Numbered from the stretch's first letter, positions 38,054 to 49,089 are shown. The stretch is DNA of 64,000 nt from Candidatus Hadarchaeota archaeon (GCA_964452145.1 CAYVLA010000006.1:19876-83875), one strand, 5' to 3'. Numbers and translations are program-made. The notes: a model not told the origin generated them from the sequence alone.

Positions 38054-39865
38054 TTACGTGACCGTCACGATCGCTTCGACTATCTGCCCCAGAAGCCTTG
38101 AGTCGAGCCTGACATCTGCGGCCAAGGCGTATCGGTCCTTCTTCCGGCCTACCGCAATCGAGAAGGGAACCCTGCCGACCTGATCCTCATCGATCTCCGC
38201 CAATCCGACCTCCGGCCTGCTAGACCATCCCCGGGGAGTGATAGGCCTCGCCTCCAGCGCAACGCGCCGGCCGAAGTGATTCCGCATCTCCAGAGCAAGC
38301 TCCACCCGGCCTCCGGCCTCGACGCTACTCTGGTAGGGGACCAGCCGCAGCCAACCGGGGCTGACACCGATGACGCTCGGAGGTGGCAGAATGGAGTCGA
38401 ACATCATATTAGTACCAGCGGCTCTGTCGACCAGCGTTCGAACCTTGGCGTCGTCCACGGCAAACCAACCACCGTGACCGTGGGCCAGGAAATCGGGTTT
38501 CAGCTCGACCAGTCTCTGGGCGCATTTCGCATGGCTCTCCGCCGTCACCAGGTTCCTATGAATGATTGGCTGGGTTAGTGCCTTCCCCATGTCGTGGATG
38601 CTGTCGCCCACGAACACCACCCGCTTGCCGTCGATATCGACGCCCATGGCCATGTGGTACTCGGTCTGACCTGGGAAGTGCACCACCGTGAGCCGGTATT
38701 CCTCCCACTGGACCATCTCCCCGTCTGCGATCGGCCTGTCGACCTTCATTGCATAGGGGAGTAGGCACGGAACATTGTACCTGTGCGGGTTCTCGAGTAT
38801 GTCCACCATCCGGTCAAGAGCCCATAGCTGGACCCCGTGTCTCTTCTGCAGATGGGGAATTCCGCAGGTGTGATCGTCATGGTAGTGTGTGGGTATCACC
38901 ACATCCACCGACTTCACGCCCCAGTTCTCCCGCAACTCGTGTATGGAGTGTTCGACGAATCTCTGGAACTCCCAAGACTCGAACTGCCTCAGGTGGGCGT
39001 AGAAGTGGTTCCCGCTGGCCGCACCGTAGTCGATCAACATCGCCCTTCCCGACTTGCTGAGCAGCGCGTAGAACGTGCAGCATGCATGCGGGGCGACCAA
39101 GAGATGAGGTAGAACCTGTTTCAATGGCTTGTCGATCGTCAGGGGCTGGAAGGAGACGTACCTATGGTACTCTCTCAGGTTGTCGATCGTCTTCCGGATG
39201 GCCGCGTCGGCGTTCCGCATCGGCTCCCCATGTGACGGAAGGAGCAGGTCGGGCCTCTGTCTGGCTAGATCGCGCAGCGAGAAAGCGTTCAGATCCACGC
39301 CCTCCACGCCGCCATAGGAGTGCTGCAACTCGGTGAGGCTCCATACCTTGCCGGGCGAGTGGATCATGTCCCCTGTGAAGGCCACCTTGGTCCCATCCAC
39401 CTCGCCCAGCAGGCAGACCGAGCCATGGGTGTGGCCAGGGGCCGGAAGGATATGGAAGCTGTAGCCGCGCCAAGTGAAAGTCTCGTAATCCACAAGCGAG
39501 GCGTCGACTCTTATGCTTCTGGTGAGCGCAAAGTAAGTGGACTGATCGTTGTAGCTGTCGTATATCTGCTTGTTTCGCCAGAAGTTCTCGGCGGCCTCGA
39601 AGAGGGGACGCTCGTGAAATGGGACGGCTATCCTCGTTTTCCGCGAAAGAAGGTGGTCGCCTTGACACTGATCCCGGTGGTGATGGGTGTGGAGAACCCA
39701 TTCCACACGGCGCATGCCGATTCCGGGCAGCTCGCCAAGGATGGAACCTGACCCGGAGTCCACAAGAAGACAATCCCTGCCCTTCCTCACCACGTACACG
39801 TTGCAGGTATCCCTGTAAACGAAGAGGTTGTCGGAGATCGGCTCAGCTGCGGTCTCGCTCATCAT
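38054..39865 (-). CDS. Tandem metallo-beta-lactamase-fold hydrolase with C-terminal beta-sandwich-like domain
   Basis: Domain 1 has LHTHHHRDQ, PGHT, FTGD and PSHG; domain 2 has PTHYHDDH, PGQT, FVGD and GHG. Confidence 0.88.
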   Translation of the reverse strand: MMSETAAEPISDNLFVYRDTCNVYVVRKGRDCLLVDSGSGSILGELPGIGMRRVEWVLHTHHHRDQCQGDHLLSRKTRIAVPFHERPLFEAAENFWRNKQIYDSYNDQSTYFALTRSIRVDASLVDYETFTWRGYSFHILPAPGHTHGSVCLLGEVDGTKVAFTGDMIHSPGKVWSLTELQHSYGGVEGVDLNAFSLRDLARQRPDLLLPSHGEPMRNADAAIRKTIDNLREYHRYVSFQPLTIDKPLKQVLPHLLVAPHACCTFYALLSKSGRAMLIDYGAASGNHFYAHLRQFESWEFQRFVEHSIHELRENWGVKSVDVVIPTHYHDDHTCGIPHLQKRHGVQLWALDRMVDILENPHRYNVPCLLPYAMKVDRPIADGEMVQWEEYRLTVVHFPGQTEYHMAMGVDIDGKRVVFVGDSIHDMGKALTQPIIHRNLVTAESHAKCAQRLVELKPDFLAHGHGGWFAVDDAKVRTLVDRAAGTNMMFDSILPPPSVIGVSPGWLRLVPYQSSVEAGGRVELALEMRNHFGRRVALEARPITPRGWSSRPEVGLAEIDEDQVGRVPFSIAVGRKKDRYALAADVRLDSRLLGQIVEAIVTVT

Positions 39866-40409
39866 GGGAAACCTCGCGTGATGCCAAGCATCGGGATTGG
39901 TATGTGTTGTGCTCTCTGAAAGCAGACTTGTCGTGACCGTCGGGAAACCACGCGAGCCTGGGAGCCTTGCCTCGCATCCTCCTCGTGGCTCACCGCCACG
40001 CCTGCTGACCTGTCTCGGTCACTTGTCTGGGGCTCTGGAACAATCCACGCCATTGACCATGGGGCCTCAGCATGCACCGGATTCAAAGCTTTTTCTAACA
40101 CTGCGGAATACTGTCTCTTGCGGCATCCCACACATCCCTGAGGACAGCGTTGCACCAGCCCATCTACCCGGCCACGCCAAGTGTCGTGCCGCCGCGGCCT
40201 TCACCGAATCGTTTCGTCTAGCCAATGCACCGATTGGCAATCGCAGCTTCGCGCCTGTCCGAGATCCAGACTCCAAACCCTCCGCTTCGTCCCCTTCTGG
40301 GCACCTGCAGGAAGACATGTCAGCCTCGTCACAGCACTGATGAACAGCTGACCCCACTCAGTGCCGGACACGTAACTGCCGTTACCGGCCGCACACGACC
40401 CCCTCCATC

Positions 40410-41345
40410 TCACGGGCCATCGCGAACGACGGTGAGAACAGCCGCCAGGATCGCCCGGGTCGCCATCGCGACGTTTGGGATGTCCACCAATTCAGGGACA
40501 TCGGTCTCAAGATGGTAGTTCGGGTCAGCGTAGGGGTGGGAGCCGACGTTGACGATGGCAGCCGGGAAGCCGGCGTTCACGAACGAGCCGTCGTCGTCTC
40601 CGGGCTGCTGACGCGGGTAGACGGATTGCTCCAGTCCAATGCCGTAATCCTCGTTCACCTCACATACCAGGTCGGCCAATCGCCGGCCTTCGGGCGTGGT
40701 GTAGAGAGTGGCATTTGTCTTCCGACCATGCTCCACGTCGGCTTGCGACTTCCCACCCAGAGAATCGGTGTTGAATACGGCGATGATGTTGTCCCCTCGC
40801 ATTCTAGAGGCCTGCGCGGCAGCCACGCTGGTCCACGGCGTGTGCTCCTCGTTACAGAAAAGGAACCGGACGGAGCGACGCGGCATGGAGCGAGAAAGGA
40901 CGCGGGCGATCTCCAGCAACGCAACCGTGCCGACAGCGTTGTCGTAGGCACCAGGTGAATCCACCCAGCTCTGCGAGTCTTTGTGGGCACAGATGACGAT
41001 GATCTCATCCGGCTTCTCTATGCCGAGCCTCTCCGCATAGAGGTTGTAGGCGATGTACCAAGGATCTTGCGGATCCGGCTTGCCATACTGGTGGGCCTTC
41101 GGTTTGGACTCGTCACGTCGGAACGCTTGGACGCGCACGCCCTCCTTCTTCACCTCGTAGCCCCATGATGCCAACTTTGCCTGGATGAAGTCATCCGCTT
41201 CGTCGAGCGTCGTCCCCGGGTGCCCGGGGAGAGTGTGGTTCACCTTCCGAAAGCGCAACGGGTCTCTTGTAAGGCATGACAGGTTGGACGGGAGGCGGCA
41301 AGGATCAATGCCAGACAGCACCCGGGAGATGGCGTCGTCGACCAT
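40410..41345 (-). CDS. M28 family metallopeptidase
   Basis: ICAHKDS, PGAYDNAVG, NEE, NTDSLG and PNYHLETD. Confidence 0.88.
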   Translation of the reverse strand: MVDDAISRVLSGIDPCRLPSNLSCLTRDPLRFRKVNHTLPGHPGTTLDEADDFIQAKLASWGYEVKKEGVRVQAFRRDESKPKAHQYGKPDPQDPWYIAYNLYAERLGIEKPDEIIVICAHKDSQSWVDSPGAYDNAVGTVALLEIARVLSRSMPRRSVRFLFCNEEHTPWTSVAAAQASRMRGDNIIAVFNTDSLGGKSQADVEHGRKTNATLYTTPEGRRLADLVCEVNEDYGIGLEQSVYPRQQPGDDDGSFVNAGFPAAIVNVGSHPYADPNYHLETDVPELVDIPNVAMATRAILAAVLTVVRDGP

Positions 41346-41599
41346 TTCTTTGGATCACCTCGACATCAGCGTGAGAGCCGTGCAGTGAACTCGCCCCATA
41401 ACAATGTGAGCTCTGCGATTGGGCCGTGAAACTGGTCGCGGGCGGTTGGATGCACAGCTTCACGGGAGTCACCTTTCTCGGCAAGATCCGGCCCTGACCG
41501 GGGGATGATGGACGATTCAGGTCAATATACGAGTGTCGCCCGGAGATTGCTTCTCGAACGGTCCCGACCATCAGGTGCACGGCGACCTGAACGGCATTC

Positions 41600-42844
41600 T
41601 TAGAGTTGTCTTGTCACCCCCGTCTCCCTGTACAGCCGCCGTCCAACCATCAGGGTCCACGTCGCAACGGCCACCAATCCGAACGTGCCCGTGACGGCAC
41701 ACCACTCCACCGCGTAGACCCAGAACAGGGCTCTTCCCTTCAAAGCGACCGCCTTCTTCTCGATCGTGTAGATCAGGTCAAAGGCCTCCCGGAGACGGGT
41801 CTGACATGACTCGAAGTCCTGAGAGAGATAGTCCCTTCCCGCCCGATCCACGAGGGAGTCGGCCCCCGCGACCTGTTGCTGCAGGCTCTGGCTGCTTGCG
41901 CCGAACTTCTCTACGAAATCCAACAAAGAGTACAGAACCCCAACCCTGAGGACGTAGTCCCTGAACCCGCTCCTAAGCCTTTGGACAAGCAGTGGGTCCG
42001 ATGGCAGCTCCCTTCGGAGCGAATACCAGACTATGTTGGTGAAGATGCCCAGCGCGTATCTCTCCTGGCCGTCCCCTCCCCACCAGTATCCCCACATGGG
42101 ACTCACGAACTGGTCCCCCGTTGCCCAGATCCTGGAGTTCCTGTCCCCAAATTCCCAAGACAGCAACAACGGGCAACTGGTCTTGCCCAGCTTGAAGGGT
42201 ATGTCTTTTGCTCTGGCCCATTCCGTGGCGCCTTCCTTGGCGAAAAGTAGGCGGGTATAACCAAAGGGCTTGACCTTCTCGATTCCAAGGGCCTTGTAGG
42301 GCCTGATCACGGGGGCAAGCGATCGGTCGTCCACGATCTCGAGGTTGTAGGCTTCTATGTTATCGTGCGAAAGGGAGATGAACCTCTCCTGATCGTGCGG
42401 GAAGGCCTTTGACAGGTCCGAGCTCATCCACGGGACATACATCTCGGGGTACGCGCTCTGAGTAAAGCCGAGGGCACCGACCCCCCGCTCCTTCAAGGCT
42501 CGATACATCCACTGGATCTGAATATCATCATGGTAGTCCAGGAACGGCTGATCGTAGACGAAGAAGTCGTAGACCAGAAGGGCCTCGTACGACCGGGGCA
42601 TGTATATGCGGATGAACCTGCGAAGCTGCTCAATGCTGTAGAGGCCGGCGTGGATGGACCGGGAGACGACCAGCGTCCCCTCCAAGGACGGCTCGGCCCT
42701 GAAGAAGTCTGATAAGGGGCTGTAGCTGGGGTCGACCTGCCCCATGGCGAGCACCTTGATGACGTCCTGACACCATGCTCCAAAAGGAACGATCAGGACC
42801 ACAAGGACGACGGCAGAAGCCCCTATGCCGAAGCCCATGCTCAT
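41600..42844 (-). CDS. Membrane-anchored paralog 3
   Basis: Signal peptide, RIYMPRSY, FVEKFGA, ALFWVYAVEWCAV and LMVGRRLYRETGVTR. ATATTTAA box about 25 nt upstream. Confidence 0.82.
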   Translation of the reverse strand: MSMGFGIGASAVVLVVLIVPFGAWCQDVIKVLAMGQVDPSYSPLSDFFRAEPSLEGTLVVSRSIHAGLYSIEQLRRFIRIYMPRSYEALLVYDFFVYDQPFLDYHDDIQIQWMYRALKERGVGALGFTQSAYPEMYVPWMSSDLSKAFPHDQERFISLSHDNIEAYNLEIVDDRSLAPVIRPYKALGIEKVKPFGYTRLLFAKEGATEWARAKDIPFKLGKTSCPLLLSWEFGDRNSRIWATGDQFVSPMWGYWWGGDGQERYALGIFTNIVWYSLRRELPSDPLLVQRLRSGFRDYVLRVGVLYSLLDFVEKFGASSQSLQQQVAGADSLVDRAGRDYLSQDFESCQTRLREAFDLIYTIEKKAVALKGRALFWVYAVEWCAVTGTFGLVAVATWTLMVGRRLYRETGVTRQL

Positions 42845-42932
42845 GAAACAGAGGGCTTCCCTTAAATATCGCGAGGCAGCACATCTCTGCACAAGGCCTA
42901 GCAAGGGCGAGCCCGTCTGAACGGCCTGCATT

Positions 42933-43157
42933 TTACCAGCTTCTGGTGTCGCCGGTTTCTGTGACTCGGCCTCCTCTTCTTTCTTCATCCGTTGCCTGGT
43001 ACGGTATGACCTTGAGATAGCCGCTTCTTTTCACAACGTAAAGCTGCCGCGTCGGGCCAACTTCGGCCTGCCGCCAGTCAGGGGGTAACAGCAGACGCCC
43101 CCCCCGGGAATCCATCATCTTCTTCACTTCGACACCATATGACACGATCATCACCAT
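42933..43157 (-). CDS. AbrB/MazE/SpoVT-type DNA-binding protein, possibly degenerate
   Basis: VEVKKMMDSRGGRLLLPPDWR...LYVVKRSGYLKVIP fits the swapped-hairpin pattern. No toxin gene is adjacent. Confidence 0.6.
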   Translation of the reverse strand: MVMIVSYGVEVKKMMDSRGGRLLLPPDWRQAEVGPTRQLYVVKRSGYLKVIPYQATDEERRGGRVTETGDTRSW

Positions 43158-43336
43158 TTTGGACCTTACTCTCTGGGGGGATTTGACTCGTACTCCCAGA
43201 CAATCATGCCCGCCATCGTATTTGAACAGCCCCTCCAGACATTTCTCAGTCTAAAGGAGGCGGGCTCCCGCCAACACCGAAGACCTATTTGAAGACCTTC
43301 AATCTCCCTACCACAGCCATCTGAGAGAGATCCAAG

Positions 43337-44353
43337 ATGCACAGCAAGGAACGGGTCATCCGAGCCATAGAGTTCGACGGACCCGATAGGATGCCCCACA
43401 TGCATTCCTACAGGTATGCCACCCTCAGAAGACACGGGGTCGACTTCGCTGCGATCCTTGCCCGATATCCATCCGACTACTCACAGGCCACGCCCTCCCG
43501 GGACACCCTCGAGGGATCCGACAGAGGCTCTACCACGGACGAGTGGGGGATCACCTGGGTCAAGCTAAACGATGGATACATGGGGCAGCCCAAGGGCCAC
43601 CCGCTGGAGAACTGGGACAACTTCGAGGACTACCGCATCCCGGACCCAGACCCATCCAAGTCCGTGTTCTTGAGGCACCACAGGGGTGATGCCGGGGGTA
43701 TTGCGTCAGAGGACAAGTACGTCTGCATGTACGGTGGCAACCTTTTCGAGAGGCTGCAGTGGCTCCGAGGGATGAGAAACGTCTTCGTCGATCTGCACAC
43801 CAAGAACGCAAGGCTTCTCGAGCTTGCGGACGCCGTAGTGGACTATGACATAGCCCTATCGAAGATATGGTGTGAGCGCGGCGCGGACGGTATCGTTTTC
43901 TCAGACGACTGGGGCACCCAGGATGCGCTGATGGTCAGCCCGTCCCTCTGGAGACGAATCTTCAGGCCTCGCTACCGCAAGATGTTTTCCGCAGTCCGCA
44001 GGCTGGGAGCGAAGGTGCATTTCCACAGCGACGGATTCATCCTGAATATCGTCTCGGATCTCATCGATCTGGGCGTAGACGTCCTTAACCCCCAGCTGAA
44101 CGTCCATAACATGGACGAGCTGGAACGCATCTGTGGCGGAAGGATCTGCATAAGGGGCGGGCTGGACAGGCAGACCGTCCTACCCTACGGATCGCCGGCG
44201 CAAGTCCGCAGACACGTGCTCGAAGCGATCCAACACTTCGCGGTCTACGACGGGGGATGGATTGCCTGCGGAGAGCTTGGACCCGATGTTCCCCTGGCCA
44301 ACTGCGAGGCCATGATGAAGAGCTTCTTCGAACTAGGGAAGTACCGTCCATGA
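43337..44353 (+). CDS. Uroporphyrinogen decarboxylase / MtaA-CmuA family protein
   Basis: MHSKERVIRAI, TDEWGITW, LFERLQWLRG, SDDWGTQ, HFHSDG and DVLNPQ. Confidence 0.9.
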   Translation: MHSKERVIRAIEFDGPDRMPHMHSYRYATLRRHGVDFAAILARYPSDYSQATPSRDTLEGSDRGSTTDEWGITWVKLNDGYMGQPKGHPLENWDNFEDYRIPDPDPSKSVFLRHHRGDAGGIASEDKYVCMYGGNLFERLQWLRGMRNVFVDLHTKNARLLELADAVVDYDIALSKIWCERGADGIVFSDDWGTQDALMVSPSLWRRIFRPRYRKMFSAVRRLGAKVHFHSDGFILNIVSDLIDLGVDVLNPQLNVHNMDELERICGGRICIRGGLDRQTVLPYGSPAQVRRHVLEAIQHFAVYDGGWIACGELGPDVPLANCEAMMKSFFELGKYRP

Positions 44354-44660
44354 ACCGGCCGCTTCGGCGAGTGCAGATAAGAAAGCCAGATATCTACCCG
44401 GATGCAAACCCGGGGCGACAGATGATCCCGTCACCACACAGTGAGCAGATGAATCCGGCGGCCGATCCGGCACTGATCAGCCGACAGGCCCTGATGCTCT
44501 TGGATCTCACCGATCTCCCACTCGATCGGGGCGTGGCCAATCAGGGATGCGGATTCGCGCAGCACGAGTATCAGGCTCATCTCCGGCCCGGCGGTTGTGA
44601 AGCTCCGGTTCGTCCCGGCATGCGTCGCCGCCAAGCAACCCCCAGAGGCGGGAAGGGACC

Positions 44661-46964
44661 ATGACCGTTAGCGCTCCGGCTTGCGCCTTGCTGGCACGTT
44701 GGGCTAGAGGGGCCGAGAAGCATTGGTACGATCTGCCCCAGACCAGCGAAGGTCAGCCTCTGGGCTGTTACGGCACCGGATACAACAGCTGGGGAGTCCA
44801 GACCAACCAGAAGTACGCCGGGGCGATGGCAGCCTTGGCGTGCAAAGGCGGGAAGCTACCCGGCATCGACAGGAAGTGGGCCCTAGAACGCGCGCTTGCA
44901 GCACTCCGCTTCAGCCTGGAAAGCCACCTGACCGGTAAGGGGTCGTGCACGGATGGGACCCGGTGGGGGCACACCTGGATCAGCGCGTTGGGCATCGAGC
45001 GGATGATGTACGGCGTCTACTTGCTGGAGCCCCATCTGACAGACCGTGACCGCTCTGCCCTGAGTCGCGTCTTGGTAAGCGAAGCCTCATGGATAGCCGA
45101 TTGCATGCGGCGCGGGAAGCACAGAGGCATCGTGGCCGGCGCGTGGAACGATAGCGGGATGAATGTCCCGGAATCGAATCTGTGGAACGGCGCGCTGCTC
45201 TGGCGAACCGCAGCGATGTACCCACAACACCGCCGTGCACCCCGCTGGCGCGAAAAGGCCCATCAGTACCTCATCAACGCCGTTAGCGTGCCAGCCGACG
45301 GTTCGGATTCCACACCCTTGGCTGGGCGACCCATCCGGGAGCGTTTCGTAGGACCCAACTTCTTCCCCAACCTTGCACTGGACCACCACGGCTACCTGAA
45401 CGTCGGATACATGGTGATCTGCATGTCGAACGCGGCCATGCTGCACTTCGACCTGAAGTCCCAGGGGCTTCCACGCCCGGAGACCCTAGACCATCACCAG
45501 TCCGATCTCTGGTCCACTGTGCGCCGGATGATATTCTGGGATGGACGACTTGCACGCATAGGAGGAGACAGCAGGGTGCGGTACGCGTACTGTCAAGAGT
45601 ACCTCCTGCCCTCTTTGCTGTACGCTGCCGACCGCTGGCAGGACCCCTTCGCACTCACGTTGGCCGAGCGGCAGATCAGACTGATCAGCAGGGAGCAAGC
45701 AGCCAATCAGGATGGTAGCTTCTACGGCGAACGGCTCTCCCTCCTTCATGAGGAGAACCCCTACTACTTCACCCGCCTGGAGTCCGACAGGGCGTGTGCT
45801 CTGGGCACGGCGCTGGCCTGGAACGATATCGTCGAGTGTCGATCTGCGACGAAGGACCTCAATCAGTTCGAGGATGCAGTCGCCGGAACATGGTGCGAAC
45901 CCGAGCACGGCGCCGTCCTCCACCGTAGCCGGACACGACTGGCATCGTTTTCCTGGCGAGCCCACGGGCTCACCCAGGGCATGTGCCAGCCTCCGCAGAA
46001 GGGACACTTAGCCGAATGGCAACAGAACCTCACGGGCGTGATACGCTTCGTCGGCGATGATGGCACCGTCACGGGCGGACAGACACGCCAACGACAGCTG
46101 GTCTGTCACACCATAACCAACTTCGAGGGTGGGTTCGCCACCTGCGGCGCTGTGTTGGAGGGAATGAGGCTCTGCATCCCCGAGGGCTGGAAGGGGACGG
46201 AGTCGGCGCTGCACCAGATCGCCTTTGTTGCCTTGCCCGACGCCCACACGGTGATCGGCATGGAGCTATGCCGCACGGCCAACCGCAGAACGTACGTGGC
46301 AGAAGTCAAGGGACTTCACCTCAATGTGCCCAACGATGTCTACAACGGCCGCAGTCGAGCGATCTCAACAGAAGGCGAGAAATCGACACTCGTTGCCCCG
46401 CCCAAGCGGGACGAAGTCCTCAACCTGCACAGCAGGTGGGTGAACATTGACGGCTGCTTGGGAGTCGTCGGACTGTTCGGGGCAGAACAGATCCAAGTGA
46501 GCCGGTCGATCAATCGACGGGGCGGGCGCTACGGAAGCCTGTTCGTGGAGGAGATCTGCTGGCCCTGTCTGATCGGCACGCGCGCCGTTGATCCCGAGAC
46601 ATTGATCCTCGATTCGGGGTGGGCGGTGCTATCAGGTGCATCTCCTCGGTGCACTAGATCATGGGCCAGTGCCAACCCCTCACCCATCATCGACGTCGCC
46701 CCACCCGCTCTGCGAGCTGTCCATATCAAGGGGCTGGATGGCAACCGGTACCTCATCGCCGCGAATTTCGGATCGGTTCCCGCCGAGCTTTCTCTCAGCC
46801 TTCACTGGGATGAATTGGATCAGGCACCCCCTCTTGTCAGCGCCAGGCCCGGGTCCGATCGCGGGGATGAGACCCCTGTTAGGATACAGCCCTGCACGGT
46901 CAGGGTATGGGCCAGATCCTCGAAGCGAGGTTCGAAGCATAAAGTGGGAAAGACCCCTCCATGA
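44661..46964 (+). CDS. Large hypothetical protein (helical N-region, beta-rich C-region)
   Basis: 767-aa ORF with an RBS; WGHTWISALGIER, PESNLWNG, HHGYLNVGY and RIGGDSRVRY look conserved-type. No confident family. Confidence 0.75.
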   Translation: MTVSAPACALLARWARGAEKHWYDLPQTSEGQPLGCYGTGYNSWGVQTNQKYAGAMAALACKGGKLPGIDRKWALERALAALRFSLESHLTGKGSCTDGTRWGHTWISALGIERMMYGVYLLEPHLTDRDRSALSRVLVSEASWIADCMRRGKHRGIVAGAWNDSGMNVPESNLWNGALLWRTAAMYPQHRRAPRWREKAHQYLINAVSVPADGSDSTPLAGRPIRERFVGPNFFPNLALDHHGYLNVGYMVICMSNAAMLHFDLKSQGLPRPETLDHHQSDLWSTVRRMIFWDGRLARIGGDSRVRYAYCQEYLLPSLLYAADRWQDPFALTLAERQIRLISREQAANQDGSFYGERLSLLHEENPYYFTRLESDRACALGTALAWNDIVECRSATKDLNQFEDAVAGTWCEPEHGAVLHRSRTRLASFSWRAHGLTQGMCQPPQKGHLAEWQQNLTGVIRFVGDDGTVTGGQTRQRQLVCHTITNFEGGFATCGAVLEGMRLCIPEGWKGTESALHQIAFVALPDAHTVIGMELCRTANRRTYVAEVKGLHLNVPNDVYNGRSRAISTEGEKSTLVAPPKRDEVLNLHSRWVNIDGCLGVVGLFGAEQIQVSRSINRRGGRYGSLFVEEICWPCLIGTRAVDPETLILDSGWAVLSGASPRCTRSWASANPSPIIDVAPPALRAVHIKGLDGNRYLIAANFGSVPAELSLSLHWDELDQAPPLVSARPGSDRGDETPVRIQPCTVRVWARSSKRGSKHKVGKTPP

Positions 46965-47635
46965 GTGGCCGTGCTCACTTCAAGCAAGGATCTGATATCG
47001 AGATGAACGCAGCCACCGAGCCAGCAAGTGACGTCTGGAGGGATCGACCTGGGTGAGGTATCGGACGCGCGTGGACCTACTTGGACAGGAAGAGGATGAC
47101 CCGGAGGTATCCGGGTCACGCAGTGCCATGCTTTCCGTGACCTTGATCCGGATTTGGACGGGGGAACTCAAGACCTGCCCGGGCAGTACCGGGGGCTGCA
47201 CAGCAACGCACCTAATATCCACATGGGTCTGTTCTCCAGGCATCTTGGGATGCGCCGGGATATGATGGGATCAATGATGCCCTGTCCTCGAGCCACAATC
47301 CGAGGAGGAGTCGTTCTGACTCAACAGGTACGATCCAAAGTACCTGTGAGGGCGGAGAGAGTTCGGATTGACTGGCCCCCGATGCTGTGTGACACGCCTC
47401 TTCCATATACTCGCCTCTGCCATTGCGGGCTGGATCGGCGCAAGCGGGCTCAGCAGGCTGTCGGATGCACCAGGAACCCAATGAAATCAACAACAACGAC
47501 ATCACGAAGGCTGGTCCTAGGAATCTGCTTCGCCCTCAAGGATCAACTACTGCGAAGATACCTGCCCTCCGCGATCTTCGACGTCGTCCAGATTCACTTT
47601 TCAGCCCGCGCCAAAGGCTTCGGACGTCGATCACG

Positions 47636-48634
47636 ATGATCGAGAAAAGGCGGATGGAGCAGAGCGGTATCTACGGAACGCTGTGGCGGGCAACGTCGGT
47701 AGGAAGGAGTCACCATACCTATTTCACCCACCCTGTCTGGCTTCCAGACAGCAGCGGACTCATCTTCCTCTCGGATCGGGCGGGAAGTGCGGGATGCTAC
47801 CTCCTAGAATGGCCGAGCGGTCGCATCACACCGATCGCGATGGGTGGAATCACCAGTCCAGTTGTCTCATCGGATGGAGAGTCGATGCTCTATGTCTCCA
47901 ACCGCTGCATCCTGCGCAGAGACATATCGAGCGAGGATCGGGAAGTGATTTCCCAGATCCCCGATGAGGCGATTCACTGCGGCCAGATCGGCCAGACCTG
48001 TGATGGCCGGTACCTGACCGTCTGCTGCACGGGAGAGAGGTATTCCCTTCTAGTCAAGGCGCCACGTAAAGGCGGGCACGCGACGATCTTCCATCGAGAC
48101 CACAGACATCTAAGCCATCTCATACCCTCCACGGCGCACGCAGCACTTCTCTCAGTTGCTTGGACTCACTGGGCTGGCGGGGAGACCAACCAGAGGCTGT
48201 GGATCGTAGCCATTAACGGCAAGGAGATGAGGCCTCTATATCACCAGAAGAACGGAGAACTGGTCACCCACGAGGCATGGTCGGGCGACGGGCGAATCGC
48301 CTTCACGTCCGGACCCTTTGACAGGAAGCCCAACACGTTTTCTGTGAAGTCCGTCGACCCGCTGACGGAGAGAACACAGATGCTGGCCGAGCGGGGCAAC
48401 TTCTGGCATTGTTGCCCGAACCGAGACTGTTCGATGGTCGTGGCCGATACGAACTGGCCCGATGACGGAATAAAGCTCATCGACGTCCCCGAATCCGACG
48501 TAAAGACCCTTTGTTACTCCAATTCGTCCACGGCTATTCATCCCCATCCGTGCTTCTCTCCGGACGGCAGGAAGGTCGTTTACACATCGGACCTTTCAGG
48601 ATCTCCCCAGATCTACGTGGCCGAGTTGCCATGA
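47636..48634 (+). CDS. Oligogalacturonate lyase (Ogl)/TolB-like beta-propeller
   Basis: HHTYFTHPVW, FLSDR, QRLW, VTHEAW, VVADT and HPHPCFSPDGRKVVYTSD. Confidence 0.75.
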   Translation: MIEKRRMEQSGIYGTLWRATSVGRSHHTYFTHPVWLPDSSGLIFLSDRAGSAGCYLLEWPSGRITPIAMGGITSPVVSSDGESMLYVSNRCILRRDISSEDREVISQIPDEAIHCGQIGQTCDGRYLTVCCTGERYSLLVKAPRKGGHATIFHRDHRHLSHLIPSTAHAALLSVAWTHWAGGETNQRLWIVAINGKEMRPLYHQKNGELVTHEAWSGDGRIAFTSGPFDRKPNTFSVKSVDPLTERTQMLAERGNFWHCCPNRDCSMVVADTNWPDDGIKLIDVPESDVKTLCYSNSSTAIHPHPCFSPDGRKVVYTSDLSGSPQIYVAELP

Positions 48635-49089
48635 TCCGTGCACCCGGCCCAGGCGCAATTCGAATCCCGTGAATCTTGTTCATTGAAGCATTGGAGCCTA
48701 CGATCACTATCCGAAGGGGACTCCGTAGCAGGGTGACAGTGAGCCCATCATCCCATGGAAGAGATGCTTTACCACCACCGCTCTCGACATTCCCTCGGCA
48801 AAACGTCACAAGACGATATACGTCGTCATAAGAAAGATAAGATGGCCTCGCATCACTCTAACAGCAAGACCCGGTTTTGGAGGGGTCTCTGGCACATGAG
48901 CATGAGATTAGTCTCGGTAATGGCTTTGGCCCTGGGGGAGGCCAAGATGGCAAGGACGAGATCATGGTGGCGAGGGATGATGATCGTATGATCATAGCCA
49001 CCGATCTCAACGGGGAAACGCGCATCAGGGAACCGGAGGGGTCCGTGCAGTTCCCCGGCAGAGAGGGACGAGAAGGTCTCCGTCGCGAC

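Noticed and set aside
46965..47635. ncRNA or gene in a hairpin-rich gap (for example TGACCCGGA/TCCGGGTCA and ACAGGTAC/GTACCTGT)
   Set aside because: Isolated hairpins without an enclosing structure or identifiable ORF; could be terminators or a decayed gene.
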